DNA of 58,380 nucleotides from Fibrobacterales bacterium (GTDB lineage Bacteria; Fibrobacterota; Fibrobacteria; Fibrobacterales; JAOPTW01): NCBI GenBank assembly GCA_051532035.1, contig JAOPTW010000041.1, positions 1 to 58,380 of the forward strand, read 5' to 3'. Shown piece by piece: positions 50,136 to 58,380 of this stretch (position 1 is its first letter; each line of letters starts with the position of its first letter). The notes under the pieces were generated by a model. It saw only the letters and a program-made list of their open reading frames with translations, ran no database searches and was not told where the DNA came from. The position numbers and the translations under genes were made by a program.

Positions 50136-50951
50136 CTATAACCGTGGCACTGCAGCCAATAATTGACGACTATACTCTTGAGTTGGGCCATCAAAAAAGT
50201 GATCAATAGTATTAGCCTCTACAATACGCCCATCTTTCATAACAGAAAGCCTATCAGCATATTGAGAAACCAATGCGAGATTATGAGTAATAAAAAGCAC
50301 TGCACACCCCTCTTCCTCTTGTAGCTCAACAATAAGATCCATAACCTGTTTTTGCACCGTAACATCAAGGGCGGTTGTTGGCTCATCTGCAATAATAAGA
50401 GATGGTTTAAGCAAGAGTGCCATAGCGATCATTACCCGTTGCTGCATTCCACCTGAAAGTTCATGAGGGTATGAATTCAACACTCTATCTGGTTCAGGAA
50501 AGCCAACGCGTTGTAAAATCGCGCGAATGCGATCCGTTGCATTACCACTATATGGGTGGTATGAAAAAACTTCTAATAACTGGTGAGATACTTTAACAAT
50601 TGGATTGAGAGCCGCTCCTGGTTCTTGAAAAATCATAGAGATATCTCGGCCGCGGATAGAACGGAGGGACTCTTTTGACATCTGCGGTATTGACTTTCCA
50701 TTAAAGAGTATATCACCCGACACAATACGTCCACCTGGCTGGGGCAAAAAACCGAGAACCGCAAGGGAAGAGACTGTTTTACCCGAGCCTGATTCCCCTA
50801 CAAGAGAGTATATCTCGCCTGGCTGTACCTCAAAGCTCACCTCTTTTACAATTGAGAGTCTATCAGATTCCAACTGTCCTCTGAGCTCCTCTGGAGCAGG
50901 CACATCAATGGTCAAATTTTTAACTTCTAAGATAGGGTCCCTATGTGCCAT
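50136..50951 (-). CDS. Peptide ABC ATPase (OppD-like / N-half of YejF-like)
   Basis: GESGSGKT, IFQEP, LSGGMQQRVMIA, ADEPTTALDV. Confidence 0.93.
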   Translation of the reverse strand: MAHRDPILEVKNLTIDVPAPEELRGQLESDRLSIVKEVSFEVQPGEIYSLVGESGSGKTVSSLAVLGFLPQPGGRIVSGDILFNGKSIPQMSKESLRSIRGRDISMIFQEPGAALNPIVKVSHQLLEVFSYHPYSGNATDRIRAILQRVGFPEPDRVLNSYPHELSGGMQQRVMIAMALLLKPSLIIADEPTTALDVTVQKQVMDLIVELQEEEGCAVLFITHNLALVSQYADRLSVMKDGRIVEANTIDHFFDGPTQEYSRQLLAAVPRL

Positions 50952-51976
50952 TAGCGAGCCTCCGCCTTAGGGTCAAAAGCTTCACGAACCCCTTCCCCCA
51001 CAAAGGTGGTCAAGAGCAACGTCCCAAAAAGAGCTGTTAATGTTGAAAGGGCAATCCATGGTGCATTTAAATTATTGAGTCCCTGCTGCATAAGCTCGCC
51101 CCACGATGGGGTTGGAGGCTGTAATCCAAATCCAAGAAAATCTAATGAAGTTAACCCTGCAATTCCGCCAATGATTGAAAAGGGGAGTATGGTAATTACC
51201 GGAGTAAGAGCATTGGGGAGTATCTCTTTAAAAAGGATATGCCGTGTGGGAAGTCCACTTGCTCGCGCCATTTTTACATAGGTCATATTTTTTAATTTGA
51301 GGAACTCTCCCCGCATATAGTATGAAAGGGAGACCCATGAGAATATCGACATCAGTACAAGGAGTAATATAAAGCTTCTCCCATAAATTGCCCCAATGAG
51401 TATCACAATATAGAGAAAGGGAAGTGATGACCATATCTCAATAAACCGCTGGCCCACAATATCAAACCACCCTCCCCGATACCCTTGGATGGCACCGATA
51501 AGAATCCCCATGACTGTCGAAAAAAGTGAAACACCAAGGGCAAACAGAATGCAATTTCTAAAACCATAGGCAAGACGCGCAAGGACGTCACGGCCATTTT
51601 CATCCGTACCGAGCCAGTGCTCCGTTGATGGGGCATGTGGTGGAATTCCCTCTATATCGAGGTGGGGGGTTAATGGATCAAAAGGGATAATCGGAAAAAG
51701 CATCCACCCTTTTTGAATAAACGATTGAGTAGTATCGAGTTTGGGATAATTAGCTTCAGTCCTAAAAGCCCCCCCAAACGTTTCATCACTATAAAAATTA
51801 ACAATAGGAAAGTAGAGTGACCCTTCATATCCCAGTATTAAAGGCTTATTGTTTATCAACAGTTCATTACCGAGAGAAATCACAAAAAGAAGTGTGAGAA
51901 CGATTAAAGAGTAGTACGCTCTTTTAATGTTTTTAAAGTTGCGCCAGCGCATTTTGGTAAGTTCGGATATCTGCAT
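50951..51976 (-). CDS. Peptide ABC permease (YejE/OppC-like)
   Basis: KRAYYSL..ELLINNKPL, HWLGTD.NGRDVLARL, GAIQGY, LDFLGFGL..PSWGEL. Confidence 0.93.
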   Translation of the reverse strand: MQISELTKMRWRNFKNIKRAYYSLIVLTLLFVISLGNELLINNKPLILGYEGSLYFPIVNFYSDETFGGAFRTEANYPKLDTTQSFIQKGWMLFPIIPFDPLTPHLDIEGIPPHAPSTEHWLGTDENGRDVLARLAYGFRNCILFALGVSLFSTVMGILIGAIQGYRGGWFDIVGQRFIEIWSSLPFLYIVILIGAIYGRSFILLLVLMSIFSWVSLSYYMRGEFLKLKNMTYVKMARASGLPTRHILFKEILPNALTPVITILPFSIIGGIAGLTSLDFLGFGLQPPTPSWGELMQQGLNNLNAPWIALSTLTALFGTLLLTTFVGEGVREAFDPKAEAR

Positions 51977-51977
51977 A

Positions 51978-52994
51978 CTATTTACTAAAACTCACTCGTG
52001 GATCTATAACAACATATAAGACATCAGAAAAGAGCCGCCCGAGTAAGGTTAGAATACTCATAATAAAGATCATTGCCATAACAACAGTATAGTCCCGCCC
52101 TACCATAGAATCAAACATCAATAGACCCATACCATCGATATCAAACACTTTCTCAATGAGTATAGCGCCAGAAAATATAAGCATAAAAATATCACCCATT
52201 CCGGTAGCGAGTGGTATCAGAGCATTACGCAAGGCATGCTTAATCACCGCAACCCTATGTGAAGCCCCTTTGACCATAGCAGTTTTCATATAATCTTTGC
52301 TAATTTCTTCGAGAATAGCATTTTTCATGAGGAGTGTTAAAAAGGCAAATTGTGAAACCATATAACAGATAAGAGGCAGAATCATATGATGTAAAAAGTC
52401 GAGTACCTGCATGTACCAAGCCATTGACTCAAAATTATCAGATACCATACCGCTTATGGGAAAAAGATCAAAGAATTCACCGCCCCCTAAAAAAATGATG
52501 AGTACAATACCAAGGGCGTAGCCCGGTACTACATACCCCGAAAATATCACGAGTGACGACAGCAGATCAAACAAAGAGCCATGACGCATCGCCTTAGCCA
52601 ATCCAAGTGGTATACAGATGATATAGGAAAGAAAAAACGAAGTAACTCCAAAGAAAATAGAGACAGGAAACTTACTCACAACCACATCGAGCACCGGCTC
52701 TTCATAGGCGTAGGAATCGCCAAAGTTGAGGGTGAGTACATTTCCTAGCCAGGTGAAGTAGCGTATATAGGCTGGCTTATCGAAACCATAATACTCTTTG
52801 AGGTTTTCTATCTCCTCCTCAGTAATAGTCTGACTGGCGCTCATCCCCCTTTGACCATCAACGTTACGTATCTTCGCAATCTCTTGTTCAACAGGCCCCC
52901 CAGGAACAAATTGGATGAGGGCAAAACAGATAACACTGATTCCAATAATTGTTGGGATCATAATGAGCAATCGTCTGAGAATATACTGTTTCAA
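51978..52994 (-). CDS. Peptide ABC permease (YejB/OppB-like)
   Basis: YILRRLL, IQFVPGGPVEQ, YYGFDKP, KHALRNA, IDPRVSF; TTG start. Confidence 0.93.
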   Translation of the reverse strand: MKQYILRRLLIMIPTIIGISVICFALIQFVPGGPVEQEIAKIRNVDGQRGMSASQTITEEEIENLKEYYGFDKPAYIRYFTWLGNVLTLNFGDSYAYEEPVLDVVVSKFPVSIFFGVTSFFLSYIICIPLGLAKAMRHGSLFDLLSSLVIFSGYVVPGYALGIVLIIFLGGGEFFDLFPISGMVSDNFESMAWYMQVLDFLHHMILPLICYMVSQFAFLTLLMKNAILEEISKDYMKTAMVKGASHRVAVIKHALRNALIPLATGMGDIFMLIFSGAILIEKVFDIDGMGLLMFDSMVGRDYTVVMAMIFIMSILTLLGRLFSDVLYVVIDPRVSFSK

Positions 52995-53003
52995 AAGAGG
53001 GTA

Positions 53004-54791
53004 CTACTCTCCGCTATAGGTTACTTCTGCAGGCTCTGCAGAGAGTGCATTACCTGCATTTTTTGCTTTTTTAAGTGCAGCATCCTTTACCGCATCATAC
53101 CACCAATAGGTGGCAATACAATCTTCTCGGTTATATTTATCCATTACCGACTCAGGCTTTCCAAATTTATTCCAGTAAAGAACGCGATGATAATCTGCAT
53201 TCCAAAGAAGCGCATACGGCATATCAACATAGAGTTGTGTATCAATCTCTTTAAGTATTTCATTGCGACGATCAAGACTCATCTCAGTTTTCTGAAGCTC
53301 GATTAAGCTATCTACCATACTATTTTGATAGCCCGGAACATTATTAGTCGATGCTTCCATTGCTGTTTTAGAGTGCCATGACGCTTCAGGGTCTCTCAGT
53401 CGTGAAGCCCCCCAAGCGAGCCAGAGCATGTCAAACTGATGTTCATCAACCTTTTTAGAGAAGGTGGAGCCTGTTACTTGTTCAATAGTCGCTTTGATCC
53501 CTACGGCTTTCAAATCTTCCACATAGACCGTTATATGACGTAAATCTGGTGAGCGCATTAAAAAATTAACCGAGAGCTCTTCGCCATTTTTCTCAAGTAC
53601 TCCTATTTCATTAACCCTCCAACCCGCTTCTTTAAGGAGAGCCCGTGCTGTAATAGGATCAAATTTTCTTACGGGAACAGTGCTATTTACATTCCCCTTA
53701 TAAAGATCGGGATAGTACGAGTTAATCATGAGATAAGCATTATACATAAGCTTTTCATTGATCTTATCGCGATTAAGGAGCAGGCACAGCGCTTCACGAA
53801 CTTTAGAATCCTGAAACTTTGTCCTCCGTAAATTAAAGGCCATCCCCTGAAAGCCCATCGGCTCTTTGTTGAATACCTTCTGCTTTACTATCCAGTTTTT
53901 ATCTATCGATTCAAAATCGAGATGGTTATTCCAAATTTTTGAAGTGTAGACTGGATAGACATCTATCTCACCTTTTTTAAGCATCTCTAATGTTTTGAGT
54001 TGATCTGCAATAAAGCGGTACTTGAGCACCGAAAAATTAAACTTATTGAGGTTAAACTGCTTTACTCTCCCCCACCAATAGTCACGTCGTTTAAGAGTCA
54101 GATATCTGTTTTTCTTAATCTCTTTAATCGCATAGGGGCCACTCACTACAGGAAAGTCAAAGTTGAGTTTATTAAAGTTCTTCCCTTCCCACACATGCTT
54201 TGGAAAGGCTGTTAGTCCCGCAGCCTCCCAGAAGTTATTCCAGTGCACCTCTTTTGCCGTAATCTTAACAACTTTATCACTCAATACTTCAGGGCGTTCA
54301 AATCGCGAAAGTGAGACTCTAAAGAGAGAGGTCTTATTTTTCTTATTCATCATCACATCAAAATAGAACTGAATATCGACAGCAGTTACCGGAACACCAT
54401 CACTCCAAGTCGCTTTGGGGTGGATGGTAAAGGTAAAGCTTTTTTTATCTTCAGATATTTCCCACTTCTCCGCAAGGACTCCCACTGGTTCATTTTTAGT
54501 TGGATGTAACGTTACTAATGATTCAAACAAATACCCCATAATCTCTGACGAGAAACTATTGTAATCGACCCACGCATTTAGGGATTTGGGAAAACTACTT
54601 CCCCATGTAGTATAAGTGCCGCCAACAACAGCTTTATTACTTGCTATAGGGTCTTTCTCTCCAACCTGTTCAAGGGTAAGGTCTATTGACTTTTCATTGG
54701 TTGCATTCCCCGTTTTCTCACCATTTTTGGGCTGAGATTCTTGGGTACACGCAAAAAGTGTCAGTACTAATGTAAGTAAGAGCAGACGCAT
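53004..54791 (-). CDS. Peptide ABC substrate-binding lipoprotein (SBP family 5, YejA-like)
   Basis: Lipobox LFAC; LAEKWEIS..FTI..ATWSDGVPVTA.D, SGPY, FNLRR..F.D..VREAL. Confidence 0.93.
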   Translation of the reverse strand: MRLLLLTLVLTLFACTQESQPKNGEKTGNATNEKSIDLTLEQVGEKDPIASNKAVVGGTYTTWGSSFPKSLNAWVDYNSFSSEIMGYLFESLVTLHPTKNEPVGVLAEKWEISEDKKSFTFTIHPKATWSDGVPVTAVDIQFYFDVMMNKKNKTSLFRVSLSRFERPEVLSDKVVKITAKEVHWNNFWEAAGLTAFPKHVWEGKNFNKLNFDFPVVSGPYAIKEIKKNRYLTLKRRDYWWGRVKQFNLNKFNFSVLKYRFIADQLKTLEMLKKGEIDVYPVYTSKIWNNHLDFESIDKNWIVKQKVFNKEPMGFQGMAFNLRRTKFQDSKVREALCLLLNRDKINEKLMYNAYLMINSYYPDLYKGNVNSTVPVRKFDPITARALLKEAGWRVNEIGVLEKNGEELSVNFLMRSPDLRHITVYVEDLKAVGIKATIEQVTGSTFSKKVDEHQFDMLWLAWGASRLRDPEASWHSKTAMEASTNNVPGYQNSMVDSLIELQKTEMSLDRRNEILKEIDTQLYVDMPYALLWNADYHRVLYWNKFGKPESVMDKYNREDCIATYWWYDAVKDAALKKAKNAGNALSAEPAEVTYSGE

Positions 54792-54872
54792 AAAAATCCT
54801 TAAATGAACTGATGGTACTTGTGGAAATATACGTAAATTAGAACATTTTTTGAGGTTTTTACGTATTACATT

Positions 54873-55601
54873 CTAGTCTAAAGATATATCAAAATATGTA
54901 GAAAAGCCTTCAATCAATGCATCCTTAAGGGAAATCACATCAAGAGTCACCCCTTCTCCCTCAAGGGATGTCGCCTGTTGATCTTGCATTACATTAAAAG
55001 CATGTTCACTTTCGATATTTAAATATTCACCAAGTGCTTTAAACCGGTCACCCACCATAAGAGAACCATGCTGAATAAAGGAATTCTTTAATCTTCGCTG
55101 AGCAGAACCTACCAGCTTTTTGTTGTTGAGAGTGAGCTCACTACGGGACGTTGAAGCAAAACATGGCTTAGCAACCCCCCGTGCAGTCTCAGAGAGTTGA
55201 CTACGTGTCAGCACTCCCTGGGATAAACGAGCAGAGACTCCAAGTGTTTGTAACCCCTGTACTAGTGCATTTGAAATGTTTTTATATGTTGACTCTAAGG
55301 TTTCAAAACCTGGATAATTACAGGGCCCTACTACAGAGTAAGTGAGCTCTTCGGCATGGAGCACCGCTCGACCGCCCGTAATGCGTTTCACGACTTCGAC
55401 ACCATCAGAGGCAACTTTATTTAGGTTAAGCTCCCTCTCTGGCTTTTGAAAATAACCCAATGAAATGGTTTCGGGCTTCCAGCCATATAGTCTGAGCGTT
55501 GGTTTATCTGAAATATTTACTTCTGAAAGGATTTTTTGATCAAGAGCCATGTTATCGGCACCTGTTGCAATAGCAAAGTCTATGAGATTCCAATGAGACA
55601 T
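54873..55601 (-). CDS. Lipoate-protein ligase family protein (LipM-like octanoyltransferase)
   Basis: NMALD, LRLYGW, SLGYFQ, KRITGGRAVLH, PCF, KLVGSAQRR, QHGS. Confidence 0.88.
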   Translation of the reverse strand: MSHWNLIDFAIATGADNMALDQKILSEVNISDKPTLRLYGWKPETISLGYFQKPERELNLNKVASDGVEVVKRITGGRAVLHAEELTYSVVGPCNYPGFETLESTYKNISNALVQGLQTLGVSARLSQGVLTRSQLSETARGVAKPCFASTSRSELTLNNKKLVGSAQRRLKNSFIQHGSLMVGDRFKALGEYLNIESEHAFNVMQDQQATSLEGEGVTLDVISLKDALIEGFSTYFDISLD

Positions 55602-55611
55602 GGATTATTTA

Positions 55612-56367
55612 TTAAGAGTTCGACTCTTCTTCAGTCTTTTTTTGGATAGTTTTCAAAGCCTCTCGTGCTGCCTCTTGCTCTGCACGCTTCTTTGAATGCC
55701 CTGAACCTCCGCCCAGTGACTCACCACCGACCATGGCCTCTACTTTAAAAAGCTTTTCGTGCTCAGGCCCATCTTCAGAAATAACAGTATATGTAGGCGC
55801 TCCCATGCCATTCCCTTGAGAAAGCTCAAGTAAGATACTTTTATAATTTTTCAATTGGTCATCAGACATGACCGCCCCAATTTCAGGGAAAAGCACCTGT
55901 GTAAGGAGCTGTGCACACTGTTCAATCCCATTATCGAGATAGAGTGCAGCAAGGAGTGCCTCGAATGCATCTGCGAGAATACTCTCTCTGTTTCGACCAC
56001 CTGCTTTATCTTCAGAGTTACTCATTACCACATAAGTACCCAGTTCTATCTTGATAGCACATCGTGCAAGAACTCGAGTGGAAACAATAACCGACTTCAT
56101 TTTAGACATTTCGCCTTCAGTCAGTTCTGGATAACTTTTATATAGATGGTCGGTAACGAGGAAATTCAGAATTGAGTCGCCAAGAAATTCCATGCGCTCA
56201 TTATTGTATTTAACAACCTGTTCTTCTTTCTCTTTTGCCATTGAACAATGGATAAGTGCAAGATTGAGGTGATCACGGTTGCTAAAGGTATAGGCAATGT
56301 TCTCTTCGAGCCCAATAGCTTCGGAGCTTTTTTTACCTGATAGCTTTTCTATTAAACTTTTTAACAT
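55612..56367 (-). CDS. rnc: Ribonuclease III
   Basis: NNERMEFLGDSIL, LADAFEALL, dsRBD NYKSILLE..GPEHEK.F..SKKRAEQEAA; ATG 56367. Confidence 0.97.
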   Translation of the reverse strand: MLKSLIEKLSGKKSSEAIGLEENIAYTFSNRDHLNLALIHCSMAKEKEEQVVKYNNERMEFLGDSILNFLVTDHLYKSYPELTEGEMSKMKSVIVSTRVLARCAIKIELGTYVVMSNSEDKAGGRNRESILADAFEALLAALYLDNGIEQCAQLLTQVLFPEIGAVMSDDQLKNYKSILLELSQGNGMGAPTYTVISEDGPEHEKLFKVEAMVGGESLGGGSGHSKKRAEQEAAREALKTIQKKTEEESNS

Positions 56368-56370
56368 AAT

Positions 56371-56402
56371 AAAAAAAGGCAATTGCTTAAGCAATTGCCT
56401 TT
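56371..56402 (-). terminator. Terminator between acpP and rnc
   Basis: Perfect 28-bp palindrome AAAGGCAATTGCTTAAGCAATTGCCTTT (56375-56402) with a T7 run on the minus strand. Confidence 0.85.
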
Positions 56403-56423
56403 CCTATAATCAACTAACTGTGA

Positions 56424-56663
56424 TTAAACTTTAGACTGAACGTATTCGATTACTGTGCCAACACTTGAAAGTTTTTGAGCATCTTCGTCAGGGATTTCAA
56501 GATCAAATTCATCTTCAAGAGCCATAACGAGTTCTACTTGATCAAGTGAATCTGCACCAAGATCTTCAACAAATTTCGCTTCAGTTTTGCACTGGTCTTC
56601 TTTTACGCCGAGTTTTTCAACAACAACTGCAATAACTTTTTCCATTAGTTCTTCCTGAGTCAT
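56424..56663 (-). CDS. acpP: Acyl carrier protein
   Basis: [30 protein letters not shown]. Confidence 0.98.
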   Translation of the reverse strand: MTQEELMEKVIAVVVEKLGVKEDQCKTEAKFVEDLGADSLDQVELVMALEDEFDLEIPDEDAQKLSSVGTVIEYVQSKV

Positions 56664-56735
56664 CTCATCTCCTTTTTAATAACAAACTTATTTATACGTG
56701 TTTTATTGGGTTAAAATGTAATAAAATATTTAAAA

Positions 56736-57479
56736 TCAAGCATTCATTCCGGCATCAACGCTCAAAATGTGTCCATTTATGTAGCCCGCTTCTTCAGAAG
56801 CAAGAAAACATACTGCATTTGCTACATCTTTTGGCGTTCCAAGCGCTTTTGATGGAATCGCTTCGCTAAAAGCAGCAATTTGTTCATCACTCAATTTATC
56901 AGTCATATCAGTTCTGATAAACCCAGGTGCCACTGCATTAATGGTAATACCTTTTGCTGCAAACTCTTTTGCATTTGATTTAGTAATGCCAATCACACCA
57001 GATTTTGAAGCTGCATAGTTTGCTTGACCAGCCTGACAAACGAGACCATTGATTGAAGCAGTGTTCACAATACGCCCATATTTCTGTTTCATCATCTGAC
57101 GAACAATCGCCTTAGTCGTAACAAATACTGAACGGAGGTTTACTGCAATAACTGAATCGAAGTCTTCATCTTTCATTCTCATAAGAAGACTATCACGAGT
57201 GATACCTGCATTATTCACTAGAACTTCTACAGTACCAAATTCAGCAATAATTTCTTTAAAAACTGTTGTTACCGCCTCAGTATTAGAGACATCACAAACC
57301 CAACCCTTAGCTTTTACGCCAAAATCTTTTACAATACCTTCAATTGATGAGTTGTCACCAAGATTGATATCAAGTACTGCAATGTTACATCCTTGAGCCG
57401 CAAGAGAACGAGCAACTTCAAGACCGATACCACGAGTTGCTCCTGTTACGATCGCATTTTTACCTGTAAAATCTAACAT
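56736..57479 (-). CDS. fabG: 3-oxoacyl-ACP reductase
   Basis: TGATRGIG, NNAGITRD, GQANYAASK, NAVAPGFI; lies between fabD and acpP. Confidence 0.96.
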   Translation of the reverse strand: MLDFTGKNAIVTGATRGIGLEVARSLAAQGCNIAVLDINLGDNSSIEGIVKDFGVKAKGWVCDVSNTEAVTTVFKEIIAEFGTVEVLVNNAGITRDSLLMRMKDEDFDSVIAVNLRSVFVTTKAIVRQMMKQKYGRIVNTASINGLVCQAGQANYAASKSGVIGITKSNAKEFAAKGITINAVAPGFIRTDMTDKLSDEQIAAFSEAIPSKALGTPKDVANAVCFLASEEAGYINGHILSVDAGMNA

Positions 57480-57482
57480 CTA

Positions 57483-58379
57483 TTATCCTTTAAATTTGGC
57501 AAAGCCTGTAGAAGACTCCACCGGAAAAACTTTTACTGCGCGCGATATTTTTCTCATAAGACCCATGAGAACTTTACCTGCGCCAACTTCAACCGCCTGT
57601 TCAACCCCCGCTTCTACAGCGCAATTCATTGATTGGCTCCATTTTACGGGACTCACCAACTGCTGAACGAGAAGTTCTTTCATGCTCTCTGGGCTCGTCA
57701 CCAATTCTGAAGTAACATTTGCAATCAAAGGAGCACTCATCTCTTTAAATGTAACAGTTGTTACAGCTTCGGCAAGGTCATCTTTGGCATATTCCATTAA
57801 TGGAGAGTGAAAAGCACCGCTCACTGGCAATACTACTACTCGTTTTCCCAGTTCTGAGAGATACTTCTCTGCTGCGGTTACCGCATCAACTTCACCAGAA
57901 ATAACAATCTGTCCTGGGCAATTAAAGTTTGCTGGAACAACCTTACCCTCGGGAGAAACTTCATTTAATGCAGCCACAAGGTCTGTCTCTTCCATTCCGA
58001 GAACAGCAGCCATAGCTCCAGGGCGTACTTCACCCGCTGCAGCCATAAGCTCGCCGCGCTTGCGTACAAGCCTCAACCCATCTTCAAATGAAATCCCACC
58101 ACCTGCACAGATTGCAGAATATTCACCCAATGAGTGTCCAGCGAAATAATCAAAAGCTACACCTTCTTGCTTAAGCAAGGCCATAACCATTTGCGAAACA
58201 ACAAATAGTGCTGGCTGAGTGTTTTCTGTTTTTTTAAGTTCTTCTTCAGGGCCATTAAACAAAATATCAGAAAGTGAAAAGCCGAGTACGTCATCTGCCT
58301 GTTTTAACAGGGCAGCCGCCTCGGCATTCTCTTCGGCAATTACCTTGCCCATTCCAACATACTGTGACCCCTGACCTGG
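57483..58379 (-). CDS. fabD: Malonyl-CoA:ACP transacylase (5'-truncated by window edge)
   Basis: PGQGSQYVGM at the window edge, TQPAL, GHSLGEY, VSGAFHS. Confidence 0.97.
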   Translation of the reverse strand, partial: PGQGSQYVGMGKVIAEENAEAAALLKQADDVLGFSLSDILFNGPEEELKKTENTQPALFVVSQMVMALLKQEGVAFDYFAGHSLGEYSAICAGGGISFEDGLRLVRKRGELMAAAGEVRPGAMAAVLGMEETDLVAALNEVSPEGKVVPANFNCPGQIVISGEVDAVTAAEKYLSELGKRVVVLPVSGAFHSPLMEYAKDDLAEAVTTVTFKEMSAPLIANVTSELVTSPESMKELLVQQLVSPVKWSQSMNCAVEAGVEQAVEVGAGKVLMGLMRKISRAVKVFPVESSTGFAKFKG

Positions 58380-58380
58380 A

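Noticed and set aside
267..57396. Many short antisense or alternate-frame ORFs in the six-frame track (e.g. 267-680, 18861-19451, 26419-26943, 46854-47294)
   Set aside because: They shadow well-supported genes and show no motifs or SD support
54873..58380. fabD-fabG-acpP-rnc-lipM-like cluster without fabF
   Set aside because: acpP-rnc adjacency is a known ordinary arrangement, and fabF may lie elsewhere in the genome

Overview
AT-rich chromosomal region, probably from a Fibrobacterota bacterium (inferred from a Fib_succ_major/FISUMP domain, a PorV-like barrel and T9SS-style C-terminal domains). Housekeeping genes include ahcY (partial), nnr, purB, ackA-pta, ung, acpS, an rlmD-like gene, rnc, acpP, fabG and fabD (partial). 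Ion transport genes include a K+ channel, CPA2 antiporter, MscS, ClC-CBS and a MerR-regulated Cys-rich metal permease. Accessory content: an AbiEi/AbiEii type IV TA pair with its operator, three decayed genes, tandem GH12-like glycanases, and two large surface lipoproteins, one with a 66-bp-periodic LRR array. Best candidates for undescribed biology: (i) a complete AmmeMemoRadiSam triad (amrSBA) inside a Yej/Opp peptide ABC operon that has two ATPase pairs; (ii) a PorV-like barrel with an inserted beta-propeller, preceded by a membrane-anchored MuF-like protein; (iii) a modular adhesin locus; (iv) an orphan AB5-B-subunit-like secreted protein; (v) a REC-DUF2225-like fusion; (vi) ~110-bp palindromic elements overlapping stop codons; (vii) an unannotated 48-aa gene. 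I found no rRNA, tRNA, CRISPR array, transposase or reverse transcriptase. All family calls come from motif recognition by eye, with no database search.
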